Origin: Candidatus Sumerlaeia bacterium
GTDB lineage: Bacteria; Sumerlaeota; Sumerlaeia; SLMS01; JANRJK01
Length of the DNA: 64,000 nt
Direction of reading: 5' to 3'
Assembly: GCA_033764015.1 (NCBI GenBank)
Contig: JANRJK010000036.1
Coordinates: 276,858-340,857 of the forward strand
Position numbers and translations under genes: made by a program. The notes beneath the pieces were generated by a model. The model ran no database searches. It was not told the origin of the DNA and worked only from the letters and a program-made list of their open reading frames with translations. Shown here piece after piece: positions 1 through 7,568 of the stretch; position 1 is the first letter of the stretch, and each line of letters opens with the position of its first letter.

Positions 1-1134
1 GCGGCGGGCTTGGGCCTCCGCGATCAGCCGGCGGATCTGGGCCTGCTGGGTCTCGCGTCGGAGGTGTTCGCCTGCGAACACTTGGGCGGCGGAAGCGCGG
101 CGCGATGCCTCTTCGGAGGAGGCGAGCGCGGCGCGCAACGCCTCCGCCAGCGGCGCCGGGCCGCCGCCTTCGAAGAGGAAACCCCGCCCGCCGCCGATCT
201 GCCACGCGACATCCCCGACGGCGCGGGCGCAGACCGGCGTGCCAATCATCATCGCTTCGCTGATGGAAATCGGCATCGCCTCGCCGTAGCTCGGAAGGAC
301 CAGGAGGTCCGCCGCGGCGATCAGCTCGTGCGCGTCGGTGCGGCGCCCGAGGTATTCGACGCCCGCGGGCCGCTCGCGAAGGAAGGCGCGGACTTCCGGA
401 TCGGGGTCCGATGCTTCTTCCGGCCCCACGACGACGAGCCGCAGCCCCGGATGATCGGCGCGGAGCCCGGGCCACACCGACATGAGGTCGGGGATTCCCT
501 TCCGCGCGCAGACGGTGCCGAGGAAGAGGAGCACGCGCTCGTCCGGCCGCCAACCCAGGCGCGAGCGCGTCGCGCCCCGGTCGGCCCGGAGTGCCGAGAG
601 CGAGGGATCGACGCCGTTCGGCGAGACCTCCCAGACGGCGCGAGCGGGGGAAGGGGCGAACAACTCAACCCCGGTGCTCGAGTCGAACGCCGCCGCGTGG
701 GCGAACCTCCGGACACAGAACCGCTTCAGTCCGTGGGTGTGTCCCTGGTGCCAGCCCTCGCGCACGTGGACGAGGAGCGGAAGCCCGAGCCGCGCCGCCG
801 CCAGCATGGGCGCGATCTGGACGCTCGAGTTGGCGTAGACGACCTCCGCGCCGCGGAGGGCGGCACCATAGCGCCCAAGAGACCCGAATCGGTTGAGTAG
901 CAGGCCGGGGGCCTTCCAAAGCGGGACATCGGAGATGCCGACGGTGGCGAGGCCGACCCGGCGGCACTCGATTCCCCCCTGCAGGAGCGGGGCCTCGAGC
1001 GGCGATGCGCATGGAAAGACCGCTATCGAACACTCCGCGGGCCAGCCGCCGGTGAGGAGGAAGTCCCGGAGCCAGAGCGTCGCGCCCGACGGCGCCTGGT
1101 GGTGGAAGCAGAATGCGACCCGCGGCGAATCCAT
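1..1134 (-). CDS. Glycosyltransferase family 1 (GT4-type), partial. The 3' end runs off the window start. It is absent from the ORF track because no stop codon falls inside the window.
   Basis: Manual minus-strand translation in the frame whose codon bottoms fall on 331, 334 and so on. It reads MDSPRVAFCFHHQAPSGATLW...RVLLFLGTVCARKGIPDL...PGLRLVVVGPEE...YLGRRTDAHELIAAADLLVLPSYGEAMPISISEAMMIGTPVCARAVGDVAWQI... This carries the canonical GT1 C-terminal E-x7-E / 'LVLPS..E..P..EAMA.G.PV' motif. ATG is the reverse complement of 1132-1134. Confidence 0.8.
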   Translation of the reverse strand, partial: MDSPRVAFCFHHQAPSGATLWLRDFLLTGGWPAECSIAVFPCASPLEAPLLQGGIECRRVGLATVGISDVPLWKAPGLLLNRFGSLGRYGAALRGAEVVYANSSVQIAPMLAAARLGLPLLVHVREGWHQGHTHGLKRFCVRRFAHAAAFDSSTGVELFAPSPARAVWEVSPNGVDPSLSALRADRGATRSRLGWRPDERVLLFLGTVCARKGIPDLMSVWPGLRADHPGLRLVVVGPEEASDPDPEVRAFLRERPAGVEYLGRRTDAHELIAAADLLVLPSYGEAMPISISEAMMIGTPVCARAVGDVAWQIGGGRGFLFEGGGPAPLAEALRAALASSEEASRRASAAQVFAGEHLRRETQQAQIRRLIAEAQARR

Positions 1135-1338
1135 GCGGGAAGGCGTTGGCGGCCAAGGGGTGGAAGCGCAAGGCGGAAGGGGTTGGGTGAATCAGTTTGA
1201 CATGCCAAACAGGCGTCGGGCACATCAACTACGCGCTGGCGCGCTCTGTGCCTATCTCTCCGGCAACAGCTTGCGTCGCCCCCACCCGGCGCCGAGCAAT
1301 CCCCTCGAAGGACCCCACGCGGCTTAGGCCAATCGCCG

Positions 1339-2007
1339 ATGCACGAGACACCCGCAGCCGCGCCCCACCGCGCCGAATCGGCTCGAAACGGGGCGGAGCG
1401 CCGCATTTCCGGCGCGTTCACCCTGATCGAGCTGCTCATCGTGGTGGCGATCCTCGCCATCCTGGCGGCGGTCGCGTTGCCGAACTTCCTCGAGGCGCAG
1501 GTGCGCTCGAAGGTCTCGCGGGTCCGGGCGGACATGCGCTCCATCGCCACTGCGGCGGAAGCGTACCACGTGGACAATAACCGATACCCCTATGTCGCGG
1601 ATACGCTGAACTCGCTGGATGAGCGCATGAGGCAGCTCACGACGCCGATCGCCTTCCTCACGTCGATTCCCCGCGACCCGTTCGTGCGCCGCAGCGGATC
1701 CGCATACGGGTTCGATTCCGCCGAGGACCCGAGCGGCGCGAGCTACTTGTACAACACCGGAAACGTCCTGGTCGGCCCCGGTGTGAGCGATCCGAACAAC
1801 GCGGGGCGGCAGGGCTGGTCGCTCACCAGCGGCGGACCCGACACGCTCCTCGAGTTTCCCTACTGGCCCTTCGCCGAGACGTTCATCATCTCGAACCAGC
1901 ACTTGAATTTCATCTACGATCCCACGAACGGGGCGGTCAGCCGGGGCGAAGTCTTCCGCCGCGGCGGGCGCGCGCTCCGTCCGATTCCGCAGATCGACAG
2001 CCAGTGA
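1339..2007 (+). CDS. Prepilin-type N-terminal cleavage/methylation domain protein, GspG-like major pseudopilin (type II secretion / type IV pilin-like)
   Basis: N-terminus ...GAFTLIELLIVVAILAILAAVALPNFLEAQVRSKVSRVRADMRSIATAAEAYHVDNNRYP matches the class III signal peptide / GspG consensus (G-F-T-L-I-E-L, then Y..DN..YP). The true start may lie downstream of the listed Met. Confidence 0.75.
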   Translation: MHETPAAAPHRAESARNGAERRISGAFTLIELLIVVAILAILAAVALPNFLEAQVRSKVSRVRADMRSIATAAEAYHVDNNRYPYVADTLNSLDERMRQLTTPIAFLTSIPRDPFVRRSGSAYGFDSAEDPSGASYLYNTGNVLVGPGVSDPNNAGRQGWSLTSGGPDTLLEFPYWPFAETFIISNQHLNFIYDPTNGAVSRGEVFRRGGRALRPIPQIDSQ

Positions 2008-2819
2008 AGAAGCCCCTCGCCGCGTTCCTCGCCGCGGCCGCGTTCGCGCGTGGCGGCACACCGCAGACCGCCGATCTGGAATTCCCGGCGGCACACGACG
2101 TCTGGCATTACTTCAATGCCTTCAACGCAGCGACGCGCGAGTTGGCACCCCCGTTCCTCCTGCCCCAGTCCTTCTCCGGAGGCGACCGCCGCGACGCCAC
2201 CGTGGCGCTCGTTTTCGACATCGAGGCGCCCACCGGCTTCCCCGCCAACTTCCGCGTCACCCAGGCCCGCCTGCGTGTCTGGGACATCCGCTTCGCCCAG
2301 TGGACCACGGGCGGGACGAACGAGTACGGCGGCCCGCGGCGAATCGAGCTGTTCGCCGCAGGCTTCGGCCCCGCCTACTCCGAAGCGACTTGGGACGGCA
2401 CGCAGCCCTTCATCGGCGGCAACAACGACTCGTCGTTCCCCCGCGACCCCTTCCCCCGCGACCTCGCGACCGACGCGAACGTGCAGAACGAGGTCCTCAG
2501 CTACGCGCCGTGGGCCATCGGCGCGCCGGTGGGCTATGCGCCCGGAGCGATGACGCAGGCGTTCCCCATCGACTTCACGCTCGATGTAGCGGACCCGACG
2601 ATCCAGCAGGAGTTGCGCGACGATCTCGCCTCGGGCTTCAGCTCGTGGATCGTCAGCTCGACGTTCGTCGCCGACTTCATGGGCCTTCCCGGGACGATCC
2701 CGAACGTGGTGATGGCCGAGGGGATCGGCAGCCACCCGCCCGCGACGGCACCGACTTTGTTCCTCACAATCGAGGAGGTCACTGCGGCCTCCGCCACCTC
2801 TTGGTTCTACTACGAGTAG
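2004..2819 (+). CDS. Secreted hypothetical protein carrying one copy of a novel domain of roughly 250 aa. It is paralogous to the two repeats in the downstream gene.
   Basis: Signal peptide MKKPLAAFLAAAAFARG. Its ATG overlaps the TGA of the pseudopilin gene (ATGA). It shares W-H-Y-(P)-F-N, G(F)..(Y)RD, 'PWGxGxPxYGxxxGxxxxG' and 'FPxxFTLDL...L..G' motifs with 2857..4533. Confidence 0.6.
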   Translation: MKKPLAAFLAAAAFARGGTPQTADLEFPAAHDVWHYFNAFNAATRELAPPFLLPQSFSGGDRRDATVALVFDIEAPTGFPANFRVTQARLRVWDIRFAQWTTGGTNEYGGPRRIELFAAGFGPAYSEATWDGTQPFIGGNNDSSFPRDPFPRDLATDANVQNEVLSYAPWAIGAPVGYAPGAMTQAFPIDFTLDVADPTIQQELRDDLASGFSSWIVSSTFVADFMGLPGTIPNVVMAEGIGSHPPATAPTLFLTIEEVTAASATSWFYYE

Positions 2820-2856
2820 CATCCCGGCCCAGGGCCGGTGAAAGGACCACCTAAAC

Positions 2857-4533
2857 GTGCTTCGACCCTGCTTGACCGCGGCCTTGTTCGCCGCCTGTGC
2901 CACGGCATCGCAGGCCGGCGGCACGGATAAGACCATCGCCGCACCCAGCGACGACCGCTGGCACTATCCGTTCAACCAGACACCCGGCTTCCGCACCACC
3001 GCGTCGCTCTTCGTGACGCCCCCCAACACGGGGTTCGACTACCGGGACGCGATGATGATGATCCGCTGGCGCCCCAGCCAGGACTCCCTCGCGCCGGACT
3101 TCATCCCGTCGGGGCTCGATCCCTCCGAGTACGAGTTCGACGCGGTCCGGATCACGGTGCACCACGCGACCGGCACGTACACGTGGGACACGCGCAACCC
3201 TGCGGTGAACTTCCAAGGGAAGCCCTTCGTGATGGAGGTCTTCGGCTTCGACGTCGATTCCGGCGTAAGCTTCACGGAGGAAACCTGGACCGAGTTCAGC
3301 CCCTTCTTCGGCCAGTCCCCCTTCACACCCACAGGCATCCGCAACCCGCACCCGCTAAACCTTCAGAGCACCTCGCCGCAGCCGAACGCGACGAATCTGG
3401 TCGATGCGCAGCCTTGGGGCTTCGGCGAACCGGTCTATGGCACCGACCCCGGGGAGTACACCCCGGGCGTCGCGGCCACCACGCCGTTCCCGGTCACCTT
3501 CACGCTCGATCTGTCGAACATCCGCGTGAAGCGGTACATCCAGGAGGCGCTCGCGGCGGGGCGCCTCGAGTTCGTCCTCTCCTCGACGGCGGGTCCCGCG
3601 GACCCCGGGGGCGGCCCTCCGGGCGGCGCGCAGACGTTCGTCCCGGTTCTGACCACGAAGGAGAACACCACCGCGCCGGCGCCGAGCATCACCTTCGAGA
3701 ACCTGCGCTTCCGCAACCGCGACCTGTCGCTCGTGGTGTCCGACGACCAGTGGCAGTACCCGTTCAACGCGACGCCCGGAACACGCACGAGCGCTTCGCT
3801 GTTCACGTCGCCGCCGGGCGCCGGGTTCGACTACCGCGACGGCATGATGATCGTGCGCTGGCGGATACCCGCGGACCCGTCGAGCCCGGACCACATCACT
3901 CCGGGGCTGCCGCCCGCGGCGTACCGGATCGAGGGCGCCACGGCGACACTCTGGCATTCTAGCGGCTCCTTCAACTGGGACACGCGGTCGCCCGCGATCA
4001 ACCCGTTCGGCGAGCCGTTCCGCCTCGAAGTGTTCGGCATGGGCGTTCTCCCCGGCGGGTCCTTCACCGCGGAGACGTGGACCGAGACCACCCCGATTTC
4101 CGCCGCGACCCCGTTTCCCCCGGTGCGCCCGCGCAACCCGTATCCGGTCGGCGGGAACCTCGCCAACCCGACGCAGAACGTCTCCAACACGCAGGGCGCG
4201 ACCGTGTGGGGCCTTGGCGAGCCGACCTATGGCGTCGATTCCGGGGAGTACTTCCCCGGCAGCGCCGCGCCGTTCCCCTTCCCCGTCGAGTTCGACTTGG
4301 ACCTGTCGAACCCGAACATCCTCGCGTACCTCCAGCGTGGCCTGTCGGAGGGGCGCATCGAGCTGGTGTTCGCATCGACCGCCGCCGCCGAACAGCCTGC
4401 CCGCGGTACCCCGCCGAGCGGCACGCCGGTGTTCCTCATGAAGGAAAGCGGCACCGGGCAGAACGCACCGCAGCTCCTGCTGCGCGGCGTTTCGATCCAA
4501 GAGCCGCTCGATAGCGGGTGGACGCTCCGGTAA
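2857..4533 (+). CDS. Secreted hypothetical protein with two tandem copies of the same novel domain
   Basis: Signal peptide MLRPCLTAALFAACATASQA. The two halves align: DRWHYPFNQTPGFRTTASLFVTPPNTGFDYRDAMMMIRWRPS versus DQWQYPFNATPGTRTSASLFTSPPGAGFDYRDGMMIVRWRIP; QPWGFGEPVYGTDPGEYTPG versus ATVWGLGEPTYGVDSGEYFPG; FPVTFTLDLSN...LAAGRLEFVLSST versus FPFPVEFDLDLSN...LSEGRIELVFAST. Confidence 0.6.
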   Translation: MLRPCLTAALFAACATASQAGGTDKTIAAPSDDRWHYPFNQTPGFRTTASLFVTPPNTGFDYRDAMMMIRWRPSQDSLAPDFIPSGLDPSEYEFDAVRITVHHATGTYTWDTRNPAVNFQGKPFVMEVFGFDVDSGVSFTEETWTEFSPFFGQSPFTPTGIRNPHPLNLQSTSPQPNATNLVDAQPWGFGEPVYGTDPGEYTPGVAATTPFPVTFTLDLSNIRVKRYIQEALAAGRLEFVLSSTAGPADPGGGPPGGAQTFVPVLTTKENTTAPAPSITFENLRFRNRDLSLVVSDDQWQYPFNATPGTRTSASLFTSPPGAGFDYRDGMMIVRWRIPADPSSPDHITPGLPPAAYRIEGATATLWHSSGSFNWDTRSPAINPFGEPFRLEVFGMGVLPGGSFTAETWTETTPISAATPFPPVRPRNPYPVGGNLANPTQNVSNTQGATVWGLGEPTYGVDSGEYFPGSAAPFPFPVEFDLDLSNPNILAYLQRGLSEGRIELVFASTAAAEQPARGTPPSGTPVFLMKESGTGQNAPQLLLRGVSIQEPLDSGWTLR

Positions 4534-4629
4534 CCCGCTTGCGGCGCTGGTACATGTTTGGCCTCTAGCGGCGGGGCCCGGGCGCGACCCGGGCCCCGCA
4601 ACCTTTTCCACTTCCCGGAGACCTTTGCC

Positions 4630-5427
4630 ATGCGCGGTGCCCTGATCGCCCTTTCCCTGCTGCTGGCCGCGTTGATCCCCGTCGCCGCCGGCGCACAGCC
4701 CGTCGGCGAGACCGTCGTTTACAAGGAGGGCGAGACCGAGTTGGAAGGCTTCGTCGTCTCCCCGGCCAAGCCCGGCGAGAAGCTCCCCGCGGTCCTTGTG
4801 GTCCACGAGTGGATGGGGCTGAACGACTTCGCGAAAGAGCAGGCGGCGCGCGTCGCGGACCTCGGCTATGTGGGCTTCGCGGTGGACATCTACGGCAAAG
4901 GCGTCCGGGCGAAGGACGCGCAGGAGGCGGGGCAGCTCGCGGGCAAGTACCGCTCCGGCGACCGGGCGCTGCTCCGGGCCCGCATCAACGCCGCGCTCGA
5001 AGAGGTCCGCAAGCGCCCCGACGTCGATGCGGACCGCATCGCGGCGATCGGCTTCTGCTTCGGCGGCTCGACGGTGCTCGAACTGGCGCGCTCCGGCGCC
5101 GATGTGCGTGGCGTCGTGAGCTTCCACGGCGGCATCGCCCCGGTCGACCCGGCGGACGCGAAAAACATCAAGGCGAAGGTGCTCGTGCTCCATGGCGCGG
5201 TCGACCCGTACGATCCGCGCGAGGAAGTGATCGCCTTCGAAGACGAGATGAACGCCGCCGGCGTTGACTACGAAGTGGTGCTCTACAGCGGCACGGTGCA
5301 CAGCTTCACGAACCCCGGCGCGGGGAACGACCCTTCGCGCGGCGCGGCGTACAACGAGCGTTCGGCCAAGCGCGCCTTCGCCCGTATGGAGGACTTCCTC
5401 GCGGAAGTCTTCGCGCCCAAGAAGTAA
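4630..5427 (+). CDS. Dienelactone hydrolase family protein (carboxymethylenebutenolidase-like), secreted
   Basis: Start trimmed to MRGALIALSLLLAALIPVAAGAQP (signal peptide). The alpha/beta-hydrolase DLH pattern is present: VLVVHEWMGLND...IGFCFGG...VLHGAVDPY...VHSF. Confidence 0.85.
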   Translation: MRGALIALSLLLAALIPVAAGAQPVGETVVYKEGETELEGFVVSPAKPGEKLPAVLVVHEWMGLNDFAKEQAARVADLGYVGFAVDIYGKGVRAKDAQEAGQLAGKYRSGDRALLRARINAALEEVRKRPDVDADRIAAIGFCFGGSTVLELARSGADVRGVVSFHGGIAPVDPADAKNIKAKVLVLHGAVDPYDPREEVIAFEDEMNAAGVDYEVVLYSGTVHSFTNPGAGNDPSRGAAYNERSAKRAFARMEDFLAEVFAPKK

Positions 5428-5457
5428 GCCGGCATCGATCCGGGAGGAGCGCGCCGC

Positions 5458-6525
5458 ATGGACCCGCTGACGCAAATGGCGCTGGGCGCCGCCGCCGGTG
5501 TCGCCGTTGCGGGCCGCAAGCTGCCGCGCGCCTCGCTGCTGGTCGGCGCGCTGGCGGGCGCGTTGCCCGACCTTGACGTCATCATCCATATCCCCGGCGA
5601 TCCGTTGTCGGGGATCATCTACCACCGGCACTTCACGCACTCGATCTTCCTAGCTCCGGTCATCGGCCTGCTCGCCGCGGCGGTGTTCATGCCGATGAAG
5701 CGTTATGCGCACCTGCGCCTGTGGTTGGCGGCGGCGGGCATCGCCGGCGCGCTGAGCCATGCGCCGCTCGATTGGATGACGAGCTACGGCACGCTGATCC
5801 TCTGGCCCTTCACCAACGCGCGGTTCGCGACGGACTGGCTTCCTATCATCGACCCGATCTTCACGCTGACGTTGATCGGCATCCTGGTGGCGGCGGGCTG
5901 CACGCGCCGCGCGGCGCTTCGGCCAGCGGGGCTGGCGTTTTGCGCGCTCTTCTTCGCCGCCGGGATCTGGCAGCATTCGCTCGCGACGGGCGCCACGCGG
6001 GAACTCGCCGCGGCGCGCGGCCACGAGCCGGTCCGGGTCCGGGCGCTGGCGCTGCCGGGGTCGCTGCTGCTCTGGCGGAGCGTCTACGAAGCGGACGGCC
6101 AGCTCCACCTCGACAGCTTCCGCACCGGGTTCCTCCGCGGCACCATGGCGAGGCCCGGCGCGACCGTTACGCTCGTGCGCGAATCCGATCTCCCCGCGCA
6201 CTTCGCCAGCGACCCCGAGGCCCTGCGCGCGTTCCGCGTGTGGGACTGGTTCACGGACGGCTACACGGCGTGGGTCGAAGGTGGCGAAGGGCGCACGCTG
6301 GGCGACTACCGCTATGTGCTGGACGCGGAGCGCGGCACGCCGATGTGGGGGATCGAGCTGGATCCGGACGCCCCGCGCCATGTGCGGCGCGTGAGCTTCC
6401 GCCCGAGCGCGGAGCGCTCGAAAGAGGAACTGCTCGCCGGCATCTTCCGCCCGGAGGAGCAGTATCAGCCGCTCGAGGACGTTGTGGCGTCGATCCGTGC
6501 CGCGGCGGTGGCTTCCCCCCGCTGA
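5458..6525 (+). CDS. Membrane-bound metal-dependent hydrolase, YdjM/YbcI (PF04307-like) family
   Basis: Polytopic membrane protein with a HRHFTHS motif (family consensus H-R-G-x-T-H-S) and several HxxxD/PLDW segments. Confidence 0.65.
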   Translation: MDPLTQMALGAAAGVAVAGRKLPRASLLVGALAGALPDLDVIIHIPGDPLSGIIYHRHFTHSIFLAPVIGLLAAAVFMPMKRYAHLRLWLAAAGIAGALSHAPLDWMTSYGTLILWPFTNARFATDWLPIIDPIFTLTLIGILVAAGCTRRAALRPAGLAFCALFFAAGIWQHSLATGATRELAAARGHEPVRVRALALPGSLLLWRSVYEADGQLHLDSFRTGFLRGTMARPGATVTLVRESDLPAHFASDPEALRAFRVWDWFTDGYTAWVEGGEGRTLGDYRYVLDAERGTPMWGIELDPDAPRHVRRVSFRPSAERSKEELLAGIFRPEEQYQPLEDVVASIRAAAVASPR

Positions 6526-6852
6526 CCCGGCACTGTACCGGATGGTGCGCTGGTGGACGCTGCGGGTCCGCATTGCAGCACCGATCCAGAAACAAACTTA
6601 ATGATATCAATAATCAAGGAGGCGGCACCGGGGTTGCCGAGGCGTGGGCTGGAACCCGTACGACTAGCAGGGGCTTTCCGCGCGGTTGGGCCGGCGGAAC
6701 CTCCGGCCGACCGGCCACCAGATGGGATGTTCGCGCTTGCCCTCGTTTGTCCGCATCCGGACCCAATGCCAGACTGGCCGACGGCGCCTATCCGATTTCC
6801 CCCACCAATGGGGGAAATCCGCGCCGCGGAATCCAACTGACGAGGTGAGATC

Positions 6853-7443
6853 ATGCGGAAGTCCATGCTCGTAGGCGCGGTGGCGACGGTCTTGGCGGCG
6901 GCGGTGGTGTTTTGCGTCGCGCAGGATGGAATGGAGGACGCAGGGCATTCGACGGGCGGGATGCCGGTGTTCAAGGCCGGACCGGAGCAGGAAGGCCTGA
7001 AGAGGCTCGTCGGGAAGTGGACCTCGGAGATGACGATGCCGATGGGACCGGGGATGCCCGACATGAAGTCCACCGGTTCGAGCGAGATCACGATGGTGGG
7101 GGAATTCTGGGCGGTCGAGCGCGCGACGTTCAACATGATGGATACTGAGATGGCCGGCCTCGGCATCTACGGCTACGACATCGTGAAGAAGGCGCACACG
7201 TCCAAGTGGGTGGACTCTTATGCCCCTTACGCCATGGATATAGAGGGGACGGTCGACAAGGACGGCAAGATGGTGATGACCGGCATGGGCCCGGACATGG
7301 CCATGAACGTCGACAACCTCACCGAGTACAAGATGGTGGGCACTTGGGTGGACGACGACACCCGCACCATGGACATGTTCATCATGATGCCCGATGGGCA
7401 GGAGATGAAGATCTGGTCGATGACGGCGAAGCGCGCCGAGTAG
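6853..7443 (+). CDS. DUF1579-like protein (Met-rich, lipocalin-like), secreted
   Basis: Signal peptide, then a Met-rich beta-type sequence (KWTSEMTMPMGPGMPDMK...GEFWAVERATFNMMDTEMAGLGIYGYD...WVDS) resembling the DUF1579 family. Confidence 0.6.
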   Translation: MRKSMLVGAVATVLAAAVVFCVAQDGMEDAGHSTGGMPVFKAGPEQEGLKRLVGKWTSEMTMPMGPGMPDMKSTGSSEITMVGEFWAVERATFNMMDTEMAGLGIYGYDIVKKAHTSKWVDSYAPYAMDIEGTVDKDGKMVMTGMGPDMAMNVDNLTEYKMVGTWVDDDTRTMDMFIMMPDGQEMKIWSMTAKRAE

Positions 7444-7454
7444 CCGGCGGACCC

Positions 7455-7500
7455 CCCGGCGCGCCTCCGCCAACGGGGCGGGGGCGCGCCGCTAAACCAC
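7455..7500 (+). terminator. Possible intrinsic terminator downstream of the DUF1579 gene
   Basis: Two copies of the self-complementary octamer GGCGCGCC separated by about 21 nt (cggcgcgcc...ggcgcgccg) can form a 9-bp GC stem. They are followed by ctaaaccacttttcc. Confidence 0.25.
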
Positions 7501-7568
7501 TTTTCCACAAGATCGCTCTTGCCACCGTCCGGGGTGCGGGCCCGTGACGATCTTTCCGAAGGCAGTCA

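Noticed and set aside
3355-5640. 761-aa minus-strand ORF spanning the dienelactone hydrolase and secreted-repeat genes
   Set aside because: Arg/Gly/Ala/Pro-dominated and antisense to two well-supported plus-strand genes. Typical high-GC shadow ORF.
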